Assembly: GCA_020891255.1 (NCBI GenBank)
Contig: BQFW01000013.1
Coordinates: forward strand, 1 to 64,000
Direction: 5' to 3'
DNA: 64,000 nucleotides
Source: Entomortierella parvispora E1425
Lineage: Eukaryota > Fungi > Mortierellomycota
Under the pieces are notes generated by a model that saw nothing but the letters and a program-made list of their open reading frames with translations, had not been told where the DNA came from and made no database searches. A program made the translations under genes and the position numbers. This document shows positions 10,723 to 29,590 of this stretch, in pieces (within the stretch, counting starts at the first letter, position 1; every line of letters begins with the position of its first letter).

Positions 10723-12086
10723 ATGGGCAGCAGCCAGTCCTCTCTGCAGGTCCGCCTGCAGAAAAAGCCAAAGATGTCCCAACAAGAACTCCAGCGTCAG
10801 TATCAACGGAACCTCAGCGAGCAGCAGCTCGCCGACCACCTCTCGGCTCGCCGTGCTCTCGAAGACAGTTCTATTTCCCGTACAGCAGACCTTTGCCAGA
10901 TCCCCGGCATCAATGGCCAGGCCCCCTCTATTATTGCCTCCACCGCCAATAACGAGAGCTTTTACCATCAGCGCCCCACTACCATCCATTCCACAGCCGA
11001 CGGCTCCAGGACGCGCCAAAACTTTCGGTGGATTGATGGTCGGCGACATCACAACATGGAGGGGGCACCCTACCTCCTGCCCAATGACATTGATGAAATG
11101 GACAGGTAGCGATTGAACATTGTTTGCTTGAACAAAGAGTCGAAAGCACCCCGAAGCTGACCTGCTCTTGACCCCCTTTGTGCCACCAAAATAGACTGCA
11201 TCTCCAGCATTATGTGATCCGCCATGCCTTTGGAGGGAACACACGCGCAAAGTTTGACGGCAAGGTGCACAAGGACGTGCTGGATGTTGGATGCGGGCCG
11301 GGCACATGGATCCTAGGCATGTCCAATCAGTCGTCTGTCTGCATGTTTCTATGACTTTTTTTTTGTTCACCTGTCACTAATGCCTTCGACCATTCGTATC
11401 TCTACCACACCACAGAAATGTCAACGGAGCACACAGAAACAAACTTCACGGGAATCGACATATCAGCCGTGTGGCCGACAGAGATTCGACCTCGCAACTG
11501 CCGATTCCAGGTAGTCGATGCAACACAAGGACTACCTTTTGAGGACAACACATTCGATTTTGTTTATCAACGGTTCATGATCCTGGGCTACCCCGCTGCT
11601 TCCTGGCCATTTGTTATTCAGGAGCTTGTTCGAGTTACAAAGCCGGGGGGGATCATTGAGTTGACCGAGATACCAGTGGTCTCCAATGCGAACGGCCCAG
11701 AACTTTCACGTATCATGGAGATCCTAGAGGCAGGGTGCATAGCAAAAGGACTAGACACCAAGGTGGCCAAGAAGCTCGACACACTACTGAGGGATGCTGG
11801 ACTTGTCGATGTCAAGTCCTGTCATGCCTCAATCCCAGTAGGCGCCTGGGGCACAAAAGTGGGGCAGCTCATGAGGGAGAATTCTGCCGGAATCTGGGCA
11901 AGTCTCAGAGGATGGATCAAGGAACTGACAAATATGAACGACGCCCAGTACGAGGCCATGATCAAGAGGATCTTTGTCGAATATGAAGTTCACAGGTGCT
12001 ACGTCAACTGCTATTGCGCCTGGGGTGTCAAACCTCATCCACAGGATTCCAGTTTAGAAGCCGAAACCTCCGCGAACCAGCATTGA
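10723..12086 (+). CDS. Class I SAM-dependent methyltransferase (LaeA/TdiE-like fungal family); exons 10723-11105, 11195-11316, 11416-12086
   Basis: PYLLPNDIDEMDR|LHLQHYVIRHAFGGN...VLDVGCGPGTWIL|EMSTE...FTGIDIS...LPFEDNTFDFVYQR...ELVRVTKPGGIIELTE. The second intron is GC-AG. Confidence 0.9.
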
Positions 12087-12445
12087 TTTTACCCTTGGCA
12101 TTCATTATTAATTAAAGAAAGAAAAGTTACCCTTGATGAGGTGATTTGGGATGAGATAGAATCGACGAGGCACCTCTCAAAGTAACGGCTTGGGGATGAA
12201 CAAGAATCAGACTGATACGATCCCGAACCCGTTGGATTGGCGATGCGCGGCTGTCATCACACAACCCTGCCACCATCGCCGCCACCACCTACCCACTACA
12301 AAACAGGGACAAACACCCTTCCTCTTACTTTGTCCGTCTCCCCATTTCGTATTTTTTCCATCTTTGCCACCAACTCATCGGAATCCCACCATCGTACAAA
12401 ACCAGCCCCCACTCAATTGAGCATACTCTCTCAAGTATTGCAGCC

Positions 12446-13999
12446 ATGGCACATCAACAATACAACAATCGCGCTTCACCCTATCGTACTTCACGCTCTA
12501 ATTCAACGTCAAACTCGAGAACATTGACAGACACTTTTTCTTCGCCTTTCTCGGATGGATCTCATATCCTCCGTCGATCGGTCAATATAGCTCGAGACAT
12601 CAGTAATCTCGCCGCGATCGCAGCATACTCATCGCAGCCAAGAGTACGACATCGAAACATGACAACGTTAGGGAATTCCCGGCAAAACAACTCGCCTAGT
12701 TTTTCACCGACAGATAATAACCAGAGGACACATCAAGATGAAGTAACCCACTACTCTCTGAACAGCACCAATCTGCACGAAGCGCGTCGCGTCACTGCAA
12801 CGAGGACACCTAACCAAATGCATCATATCCAGAACCAGTTCCCTAGTGTAATCAGGCAAGGTCTGGCCATGCCACTTCATCGTGGGCACCAACAGTCCTT
12901 GGACTCTGAGAGCGACGACGAGAGTGCGGACGAAGATATGAATGATGTTCGCGAACATGAAATGAACACCATGCTTACTGATGACAGAACGTCAAGTAAT
13001 GTTGTGAGGGAACCCTGGCAGACTTCTCAGCGAGACCGGCAGACACAATTGCTTCAACAGAGAAGCCGGCATGCTCAAGAACATCAATTCTCGGCTTTCC
13101 CACCGTCCCAGAGTCTGTTGCAGAGTGATCCCTCCGTGTCTGTCCAACAGAACACACAGTACGGTCATCAACGCCCTCATTCGCGTTCTCCTCAACAGCA
13201 GCTAGAGAGACCATCCGCGGAAGTCCAGCGTCAATCACCTGAGGAGCACGTACAGCGACCCGCCTTCCTCAGTCAACCGGTCTATCAATTAGCTTGTCGT
13301 GCATGCGTTCGCCCTTTGTGCCTACGAGCGATGAAGGCCGTCATGTTGAGTGACCACTCCAAAGAGTTGTATTCGACAGACATGCCGCCATCGGGACTGT
13401 CCCTCGTCAACGAGGACAGACAAGTTCGACATTGCGCTTGCAGGATCAGAGACAGTGCATGTCTGGGATGGTAAAGCACCATCCTGTAGATATTGTTCAG
13501 GCTGCCATAACAAACATTCACTCATCTGTTCGTTTTGATGGTAAATAGCGGCCAGGTAGCTGGATACCATGTCACTCAACCCTGCTCAAGTTGCCTTCGA
13601 GATCAGAACAATGGACATTTCTGGATGTTTTATTCGTCTGCGGTTCATCATTACAAGCGTAACCACATCAGTAATACTTTTTTTGTCATCGATGACTGCA
13701 CGAATCTCAATGCTAAGTACATACGACAACATGCTAATATTGATATTTTAACTTGAATAGAAGGCTCTTTGGGAGAGGCTATGATCTGGGCCAATGTGCC
13801 TCCCATAAACCACGACCAAGCATTGGCTCGGCAGCTACGCTTGGAGGTTCCTATCCTGCACATTCGCACGGCCACTTCATCCGCGAATGCATGGGGCGAC
13901 AATAATGGAGCAGCTGCCACAAACGAGCGCCCGTTGACCGCCTGCGTGGAGATGGAGGAATGGCTCAATTCTCCGGTTCTGGAAATTGTGTGCCGTTGA
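12446..13999 (+). CDS. FAM72: FAM72-family protein with long disordered N-terminal extension; introns 13471-13548, 13671-13760
   Basis: YQLACRACVRPLCLRAMKAVMLSD...LYSTDMPP...[45 protein letters not shown]...|KGSLGEAMIWANVP aligns collinearly with FAM72A ([55 protein letters not shown]). Confidence 0.92.
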
Positions 14000-14656
14000 T
14001 GGGGTCAGGCCCCATCCTCCTCCTTCTACTTGAAGCCTCATGAGTCTGAGCGTTGCTGTTGATGAGAATAAAGGCATGAAAAAAAACTCCTCAAACAAAA
14101 AACAATCCAACTGTCGGCAACACTCGACGCGTTTCAAGACGCGTCGAAACCGGAAAGACCTTCTTTCGGTCGAACATTGAGCCTTCTCCCACGACTCCAC
14201 TGTTTGTGGGCGACTAGAGTCCTCCACGGCTCGGATGCACAAAGTGTCGCTCTGTTTGTGACCACATGGCCATTCCAGCAGTCCAGCTTGCAAAGGCCAG
14301 GCGCGAGTGGTGTCGGTAGCCGTGAGCCGGTTGTTCTCTGTCAATTGCTTCAGCAGTGGAACATAGGTTCCTCTACATCGTCAACAGTCTGCGGCTCGCC
14401 TGGCGCACTCCCCGTCCGAACAAAGGAAGCATGCTCTTGGCCGAAAAGTGGAGTCTCTTTTTTTTTTTTTTTTCTTCTTTCTTTCTCTCTTCCCCTCGGC
14501 TCCATCTTTCCATCTTCCCTGGCTCATTCCATCCTTCTGACCACCTCATCATCATCATCGTTGTCGTCGTCGTGCTCATTCATCAACACATTTGTCATTA
14601 TCGTTGACACTCAGTTCCCATCTCTTCAAGGCTAATTCTCCACCTTCTCAAACACA

Positions 14657-15050
14657 ATGGCCCAAACTCAGCCCATGAAGGATCTCGCCGCCGCGAGGGC
14701 CAAGACCTCCTTCCCTGTCCACGATCTGACCCGATACATCCACGGGTCAGACGAAAAGATTGCCCGCCGTAGAGAACTCGCTGCCTTGGTCGCAAACGAC
14801 CCTGTCTTCAGCAACGACAAGAGAACTGGACTGAGCCGAGTCCAGGATGTCAAGCAAGGTCTGGCTATGAGTCTCAGACTCTACCAGCTCAAGGAGGAAC
14901 ACAAGCTGTCGCAAGAAGATTTCCTGACCTGTAAGACTGGAAATACTCAAGGAGATTAGCCTTCGGATGTGGTCGGCCTTTCTAACCCCTGTTTCGTTTC
15001 CTCGATTTTGTATATTCACAGGCATGGACTTTGTCGACGAATTGCTTCCG

Positions 15051-15087
<37 letters not shown>

Positions 15088-17218
15088 GCTGCTTTCCCAT
15101 CAGTCCGCGTGCATTCTCACAACATTACGTCTGTTTGTCAATAGATCGGACTGCATGAGACCGCTTTCATCCCAGTTATCTACGCACAGGGATCTGAGGA
15201 GCAAGCCAAGTACTGGGGACCCCTTGCGGAGAAGCACCAGATTATCGGATGCTATGCTCAGACTGAGATTGGACACGGCAGTACGTTTGCATGTGACTCT
15301 ACCCTTGAATTCTTTGAATACACTTCTGACCTATTCTTTCTTTTTTTATTAGGTAACCTCTCTGAGCTGGAAACTACTGCGACCCTGGACAGAGATTCTG
15401 ATCAGTGGATCATTCACAGCACCACATTCACGGCCTCAAAGTTTTGGATCGGAGGACTAGGTGTCATTTGCACTCACGCCCTCATCCAAGCGCGTCTCAT
15501 CATTGACGGTAAAGATTACGGGGCGCATGGCTTTATCGTCCCCATTAGATCCCTCAAGGACCACCGCCCTTTCCCCGGTGTCAAAGTTGGAGACATTGGA
15601 CCCAAGGCCTATGGCGGATTTTCCAAGATTGACAACGGCTGTAGGTTCCCTTATGAAACGCTTGCACTCCAGATAACGCTCTAGATTTCGATGGAGGATC
15701 ATAGAGCATGCTCCTCACCAGTTTGGCTTTTCTACTGTAGTTGTTCGATTTGACAAGCACCCAATCCCTCGTGAGAACATGTTGATGAGATTCGCCAAGG
15801 TCACCAAAGATGGCCAATACGTGAAGCCCCCTCATAGCAAGGTATGCTCAATGCCTTGGGTTATAACTCGCGACTCATCTGATCTTTTAGATCTAACGTT
15901 GTTTTTTTTTCACAGCTCGCTTATGGTTCCATGGTTCTCCTTCGCTCGCACATGGTTCGTGGAGCAGCCACAACTCTTGCTCGTGCGGCGACTATTGCGA
16001 CAAGATACACGACAGTGAGACGTCAATTCAAAGTTCCCACCAGTCGCAAGGACGTTGTCAACCCTTCCTTGGAGACCCAGGTCATCAATTACCCGATGGT
16101 TCAGGCACGCTTGTTCCCTATGATTGCTCAGATCTATGCTATCCTTGCTGCTGGTAATACCATGCGCGAAATGTACAACAGCATGTTGTCAGAGCTGATG
16201 AACGGCGACATTTCTTCATTGGCTGAGGTCCATGCCATCAGTTCCGGATTGAAGAGTACTTGCAGCACCATTGCCGCCACTGGTGTGGAGGACTGCCGCA
16301 AGCTGATGGGAGGTCATGGATATTCCTACTTCAGTGGAATTTCGCACATCTGGTCGACCTATGTGCCTTCCAACACCTATGAGGTACAATGATGCGAGAG
16401 GAAACTCGTTTTTTTTTTTTTTTTTTTTTTTTACCCTCTAAAGATTGCATCTAATTCTCTTGCCGTCTATACAATAGGGAGATAACTTTTTGTTGACTCA
16501 GCAATCAGCCCGCTACTTGCTGAAGCAGATCAGTCTGGCGACCACAGAGCCTGAGAAAGTGACCCCTTACTCTCGCTATGTTATCAAGACCATCGACCAG
16601 GATGCTTTCCAGGCAGAGCGATGTGCTGTACAGGAACCAGTGGACTGGCTGAGACCGGAGATCCAGTTGGCCGCCTTTGAGCACCGCGCTGGAAGACTTG
16701 TGGCCGACCTTGCCCTTGCCGCTATCCCTATGCAGGATGGCAGCATCGTTTGGAGTGATCTCAACCTGGAATGCTGGCGTCTTTGCCATGCGCACTCTCA
16801 GTATGTCCTCGCCAGATCTGCGATTGAAGGTGTGGCTAGCGCTAGATCCCAGGGTCTTGCCAAGGAGACCATTTTGGTTTTGAAGCGTCTCTCGGACCTC
16901 TTTGCACTCCATACGATTCAAGCATCATTGGGTGACTACTTGGAGGACTTTTACTTGTCGCCTCCTCAGTGTCAGTCTCTGCGCCTGCAGATCAAGAAGC
17001 TTCAAGAGTCTTTGGCGGACGATGTGGTCGGCCTCATGGACGCTTTTGACTTTGATGACCATTTCCTGAACAGCGCCTTGGGAAGCTTCGATGGAAACGC
17101 CTACCAACACCTGTGGGACTCTGTGCAGAAGGAGGAAATTAACCAGACTGAGGTGGTGGATGGCTACAAGGAGTATATCGCCCCAATTTTGAACCAGCAT
17201 GGCCCCGCAAAGTTGTAG
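14657..17218 (+). CDS. POX1: Peroxisomal acyl-CoA oxidase (multi-exon)
   Basis: IGCYAQTEIGHGS, KFWIGGLG, KVGDIGPK, AVEDCRKLMGGHGYS-type motif, SALGSFDGNAYQHL, C-terminal PTS1 -AKL*. Confidence 0.95.
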
Positions 17219-18445
17219 AAGTCTGGTTTATATTATTATGTCCATTTAGATGAAAACATTGAATACATGGACCATCTATTTATTTCATTTGTTCTATTTA
17301 CTGTTATAAGCACTGCGGCCACCAGGGCTATTAGGAGTGGGATTGACACCGTTGGATGAATTACTGCGTGCTTTGGCAGCCATGACTCCAAACGCTGCCA
17401 ACAACCGATCAATGGCTTCTTTTGATATCTGATAGTGTAACACAAGGCGCACCTGTGTTTGGTCTCTTGGTGCTTCCTTGCTGCCAATCTTGATCCCCTC
17501 TTCAGCCTCCAGTTGCGTGCTGAACTCGCTTAGCTGGACGCCTGTTCCGGCCAAGTCCAAGAAGACCATGTTGGTTTCGACCGGAACACTCAGTTTTGCG
17601 CCATGTTGGACCAGTCCCTTGGCCAGATAAGCGGCTAGATCGTGCGTTTCCTGCATTGTTGGCCAGACATTCTCTATGCACCACTGAGCAACTGCGGCCA
17701 ATCCTCCAGCCTGTCGCCAACCACCTCCCATCATTTTGCGAAAGTGCCGTGCCTTTTGGATCAAGGCCTTGTTTCCAACGAGCATGCTGCCAATGGGCGC
17801 TCCGAGACCTTTGGATAGACAAAGCGACACGCTATCGCACTCTTTTGTAAAGTCTTTGAGGCTGCACCCTTGCGCCACTGTTGCGTTCCAGAGTCGGGCA
17901 CCATCCAGGTGTAGTCGCACATTGTTGGACCTTGCAAAAGCTGCGATCGCTTGCATTTCCTGTAGGGGCATGACAGCGCCATCCAGGGTGTTCTCGAGTG
18001 AGATCAGACGCGTGGGGGCCATGTGCACGTCCCGGTCGTCGACCACAAAGTCCCTGGCAATGTCCTGAACGGTGAGATGATGACCGTTGTTGGCCAGCGC
18101 CTGTGCGGCGTAGACGGTGGCCTGGGAGAGGGCAGCAATACCGCCGGCCTCGTACCGATAAACGTGTGAGCGGGTGTCGCACAAGATCGAGGCTGGGGGC
18201 TGCAGGAGCGAGGCCCTGAAGGCGAGTTGGTTGGACATGGTGCCTGAGGCGCAAAACAGGGCGGCGTCGTGGCCAGCGAGCTCGGCGACGTACTGCTCAA
18301 GAGCACGAACAGAAGCGTCTTCCTCGTAGACATCGTCGCCTCGGGAAGCGCGTTGCATGAGAGAGAACATTGCATCGGTGGGCTGGGTCACTGACCATGT
18401 GAATGCAAATGTGCATTGGGGTAGGGTTGGTTGTGGTTGTTTGTG

Positions 18446-24215
<5,770 letters not shown>

Positions 24216-24353
24216 GATTATGTATTTCGCTAGAAAGAAAAATCAATAATACTGCTGAATGAACCACACAACGATGCAAGCTAGCTCGGACAGGCAATCA
24301 ATCATTTTCATTTGGATGAATGGGATAAGTGCAATCTTTAATTGAGGTCATGA

Positions 24354-25170
24354 TCATGGGCCTGCAAACATGGCTCGGCGTGCTACATAGTACGTGATGG
24401 GCTGTGATACTTCGAGAGTGCTCTGACCACTCTGATCTGATGTCGAAGACGATCCAGAATTGAAAGATGTAGAAGGGGCGCCTCCTTCAAGTTGTCGAGA
24501 CAAAGGGCCAGATCGGAGGTCCGATTGGCTGGCTATGGTCTGATTACCCGTAGAGTCTTGTCCTTGCCGCCTTTCTGACACCATCTCTTCTGCGAACCGA
24601 CAAATAAACTCGTCGTGCCCAGTCAAGTCTGGCTGAAAAGAGCGAGAGAGCGCAATCCGAAGAGCTGTAGGCGTTGTCCCCCAGGCTGCCTCTGGGTAAA
24701 TTTCGATTGAGGTCCTGAGCCTAAATGATCCCACATTCGCAGCGGTGGAGGCCGAACCACTTCCGGCAGCAGTTGGAGCATTGACAGATGTCATTGTGCT
24801 ATCGACGCCATCGTCAGCTTCGTTGGCCATGCCCATATCCTCGGACGAGTCTTGGTCGTCCATAATACGTGTAAAATGGTCAGGGGGCGGATAGAAATGT
24901 CGAATCACGTCCTGTGGAAATGTAATTTGCAACGCAATGCCGGCTGTATCGCTGATGTTGTGGATCACGCCCTCCACTGCGAGCATGAACGGGAATGAAG
25001 GATGGATATCAACAGGGTTGTCCAGATTTTGCAGCGGACGGTTCACCTGGGCACTGATCCTTTGCAACGACAAGTTTTCGAAATTGATGCGCATGGGCAG
25101 GAAGCTCTAAAATTCCATTAAAAAACATTGATCAGTAGGGGAGAAAGACCACGGGCGGATCTTCGGCCAA

Positions 25171-25210
<40 letters not shown>

Positions 25211-28200
25211 CTCGACATTTGACAGCATCCGTGTAATGTCCATGGTACTGGGCGATGCGTACGCTCGGGACATAGACATGCGAAGATCGCCCAGTATGAC
25301 TCGGTGTGCTTGCATGGACGACTGATCAATTTCTGGCGCATCCATCTCGCGCTGAAGATCCGTCACTCGCTTGATGGCCTGCTGTAACATTGATTGGAGA
25401 TAAACGCGGGTGACTCCCTGACTTGGTTCTTGAGAGAGATTCCGGGCTCCATCTTTCTGTTGCACCATCCCAAAGAACCACACAAGATTAGCCAGTACAC
25501 GAAAATAGCGAACTGCTACCTTGGCCCCGGCATCCAGTCCCAGGAACGTGTGATCCATAGAGTATGATAGCCGCAATAGTTGTGCGGAAAGTGCTGGTGC
25601 CGATGTGATGAATGATGGCTGACTGAAGCTATCTTGAATCCGAAGGAGTAGCTCACAGCACTCCAAATACATGCTAGCGAATTCAGCATTCCTTCCCTGT
25701 CTAGTATGAACGTTGAAAATATATCGTAGGTCCCGTTGGCAAGCCGACATTTGTTGAATTAACGTATTGCGATGGTTGACGTTCGAACTGCTTCCACCAG
25801 CCCTGTAAGATGGTCGCTGACCGCGCCGAGTTTGTCCATGCTGCCGGCGGAAGAGGACATGGATGCGCTCCAAGTCGGATATAGCCCGAGTGTAGAACTC
25901 TTCAGCATCCTGCTCCGTCCGGTCTCTCAGGGCAGCAATGGTTGTCGCGTAGGCCGATGATGACAAGGTAGTTGGTGTTTGTATGGGGTGATCAACATCC
26001 ATGCCATTTGGACCCTCTTGTGTGATGGTCATTGTCAGGGCTGAAGCTACATCTCGCAATGGTTGAGTGCCAGGGCATGGGATTTCCTACCGTAGAGCAA
26101 TTATTAGACTCAGAGCTCTGCTGTCCAAACGCACTTGCAGATTTGGCAATAACTTACTGTGGGTTCTGGGAAACAATTGGGGTACTTGTCCCGAAGATAA
26201 GTATAGTGCCTGAATGCATACTTGGGAAGTATCCGGAGAATGTTGGGATTGGGTATGGCTGCATTGAAAATTAAGATCAAATGACCGCCATCTATGAACA
26301 TCGAGGTTTTCCTGTTAAAAAACAAAGGCCACAAAGATACATATCAAGATGCAAAAGATCTCCACCTACATAGCATGTCCTCGACATTTTCCTCGCTCGG
26401 TAGAAACTGAGAGTCCAATTTCAGAATTTCAGGAACAAGATGTTCTGATATGTGGGATGCGAATAAACAGGTTAAAAATTAGATTTGACAACAACCACAT
26501 CCACCACTCACCGGCGCAGTACGCTTACCGATAAATGCCCCATGTTGCCTTCCAACTGTTCGTATACATTGGTAAATGGAAAGCTGGTCTTCAGGAAATC
26601 TCCGCATGTTGGACTCCATGCTCGCCAAGAACGACGTCATTCCGTCCGCCGCTGCCATAGTGACCACCCTATTATTTGAATCGATAGAATTCAGTTGGTG
26701 AGTACTCCCACAAGTATAGGAACATCAATTTCAATCGACTGAGAATGTGCCGTACTGGAGCATCCGATGTGTAGACTCCCGAACATCGCGATCTGCGTCT
26801 TCCAAAACACCAAGCGCGATTTGAAGCTGCTCCGTATCGAAAACTAGTGGTGCCCTGTTGCCAATCTTGCATAAGCTGGTCAAGGCGTTCAAACGGACAT
26901 AGTCGATCTCATCCATGAACATATCTAGTATTTGCAAACAAATTACGGTGAGAAACAATGGAGCGGAATCTACATCATACAAGGATGAAGATATGCCTAA
27001 GACCTTACCAACCATGTAATCGAGTGCCAAGAGTGCAAACGCCGGATTGTGCAAGCAAAGTTCGCAGATTGAGTCTAGACAGGTCGAGATGCCACAATGT
27101 TAATTTAAACACGACAACCTGTTTATGAGAACATCGGCTTTTTCTCCTTACTGATTGCAGCATTTCTGACATCTTGATATTCATCTTCCAGCCCATGAAC
27201 AAACGCGCCACAAGCTCCAGAGTCCAGTAGCCTCACTTGCTGAGCTGTCACGTCCTGATCACCTTCTGGCGTGGCAATTAACTTGGCCCTCTAAAAACAT
27301 CGGAATAAAGGTATATGTCAGAGGCGGGTGAACCTGGGCCATCATGAATCCACTACTTGGATCCACCACGTACCTGGGCCTGCTTTTGGGCCGGGCCAGC
27401 AGCCAAGTTCTTTGGTGCAACATCGACTTTCAAACGCGCCATGATTTGTTTGCTGAACGTTTGAGACAGGAATTTGTAGCTGACAGACTTGAATCTCCCC
27501 AAGAACGAGCAAGCCTGGAAATACAATGTAACAGAGCAAAGATGTTTAATTATCAAGCAAAAAAATATATCAACCGCCTCAACTCCGCGCTTACCTTTGC
27601 TCGAACGATCATGGAGCTGTCGTTCACCATATCACACACTCGAATGAATGCATCATCCACAAGCCGGGTTGCTTGTAGCTGAGTGGCAAGCGGGTTTTGG
27701 ACCACTTGGTTTGGATAGAGCGTACTGAGAATACTGTTGTTCACAAAAAGCCGGAGTACATATCAGTTTCTGGAACCTAGGAACCCATCACATGATACAT
27801 CTTTGGACGACAAGTTCAGAATACTCACTATACAAGGTCCAGTCCCTCCATTCGCACTTCTTGGTAATCGTCAACTAAGGCCACGATCGCTACGTCGTAC
27901 ATTGTCAAGGCCAACTTAAACCCTTTGCTATGAAGTTCTAAGAGAGACCTGAGTGCACTCTGGCATGGGGATTCAAGGCGTTAGAAACTGTACAGCAGCG
28001 CACGGAGGTGATCTACAGGCGAACGAATTACCTTTCTCACGCGCGGCTCCGGATCTGTCACGTAGTTGCTTATAATGACCTGCAGGTCATTTTGAGAGTA
28101 TTGTCCCTGCTCGCTTTTTGAATCCTTGGGCTGGCCAACTGAATTATCCATATTCGTTAGGGGAGCCAACTGTGCAATAAGCTGCAAGACTGCAGAACGA

Positions 28201-29284
28201 ATCCTGTGATGCCGATCTGTCAACTCGGAAACCGCCATAGTTATGAGTGCATTCGCAGTGTTGACATTCGATGCCGAGAGCCCCGATAAACGACCAATCT
28301 GCGATTGTGAGGCAACATGTCAGTGAGGGAAGATTGTGTAGATATAGTGACATCCCTCTCAGCTGAATTCGAAACGCCTACCTTGACCAAGTGAGAAATG
28401 GAATCATACACCTGCACTCGCACTTCTGTTGAATCAGCTCGAAGCTATTTGAGGCGTTCACAAAGACGACATGTCAGCATCCGCCCCTACTTGTGAATAC
28501 GCCCTGCTGCCCATGCAAACAAACCTGGTTCAACAAATCCTCGATCACTTCGCGCCCGTCGATATCCGTGTATTCCATGACATTTTGAAGGACTTGCACC
28601 AGCAGGATCTACCAGCAGACGATACATATCAGAGTCCTGTTCATAGGCGCAGATCATCAATGTAATATGCAATCAAGGATAAAAAGGCACACATTTACCC
28701 GTGCTCCCTTGTCATCTTCGGTATAGAGCTTCCTTCGTGCTGCTTGCATTAACCGGATCCTGTCGTCCGGCGTCAGTTTTGAGAGTCGATTCAGAAGCAG
28801 CTTCAATGCCTAGAAGGTGGAAGTGAAATATCCAGGAGACAGACAAGCTTAAGCACTCTTGACCTTCCACTGGGAGCTACACTCTAGATCCAGACACCCA
28901 TTGCGTCTTACCTTGGTCCTCACTCGCACACGTTTGGACTCGAATAGCCGGAACAGGTCCTACATTGAAGAGCATGTTTGAAGAACAATGTCAGCTAATT
29001 CCAAGACCATTAGGTCGATTCCCAAAATGAAAAGAACCGCAGAATCTCACCTCTGTTGATGTCGCATCGTCCTCATTGGATTCTTCCTCTGTACCAATAC
29101 TGCTATGATCGCTCCCTGAATCTGTGTCCTCTTGCCCTCCTTCTATTTCCAAGCCGGTCATGGAACTCGCATCTGGACGAAGAACGAGTCGCGGTTGCAC
29201 GACAGTGGACGATCCAACAGAAGACGGGTTCAAGCGAGGATGCTTCCCATTGGATGATGCTGTCTCTTGAGCACCTCGCTTCAT
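24354..29284 (-). CDS. INTS4: Integrator complex subunit 4 (HEAT repeats + C-terminal beta-sandwich), multi-exon
   Basis: DMFMDEIDYVRLNAL...EQLQIALGVLEDADRDVRE (cf. DMFNDEIEEVRL...DQLDTVLAVLEDSSRDIRE); LILIFNAAIPNPNILRILPKYAFRHYTYLRD (cf. VLIFNAA...FRHYAYLRD); C-terminal DNPVDI...LAVEGVIHNI...LQITFPQ...FYPPPDHF. Confidence 0.88.
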
Positions 29285-29434
29285 GATGGGTTGACTTGAG
29301 AGCGATTCCTGGGGGGGATAAAAAGAAGAAATGAAAATGATCTCTCTCCAGATGCATGTGGTCAAGAGATGTTCAGACGCGCACGATTTTGGTGGCCAAA
29401 AAAATTCAGGACCGAAAAAGCCCAAAAAATATCG

Positions 29435-29515
29435 CGTCAACTGCAGGATTTGAACCTGCGCGGGAAACCCCATATGATTTCGAGTCATACGCCTTAACCG
29501 CTCGGCCAAATTGAC
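29435..29515 (-). tRNA. tRNA-Ser(CGA), 81 nt, intronless
   Basis: Acceptor GTCAATT/AGTTGAC, D arm GCC-GAGCGGTTAA-GGC, anticodon arm TATGA-CT CGA AA-TCATA, long variable arm, T arm GCAGG-TTCAAAT-CCTGC, discriminator G. Confidence 0.97.
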
Positions 29516-29532
29516 GTATGTTTTGATAAAAG

Positions 29533-29590
29533 CACGTGACTTATTTTCGTACATATATTCAATAATATTTATCACGTGATGTATCACGTG
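29533..29590. promoter_or_regulatory. Cluster of three CACGTG E-boxes upstream of tRNA-Ser
   Basis: CACGTG at 29533, 29573 (ATCACGTGAT) and 29585. Confidence 0.55.

Noticed and set aside
29285-29587. N-terminal extension of INTS4 suggested by ORF 28991..29587
   Set aside because: It overlaps the tRNA-Ser gene; the ATG at 29284 (MKRGAQE) is the more plausible start.
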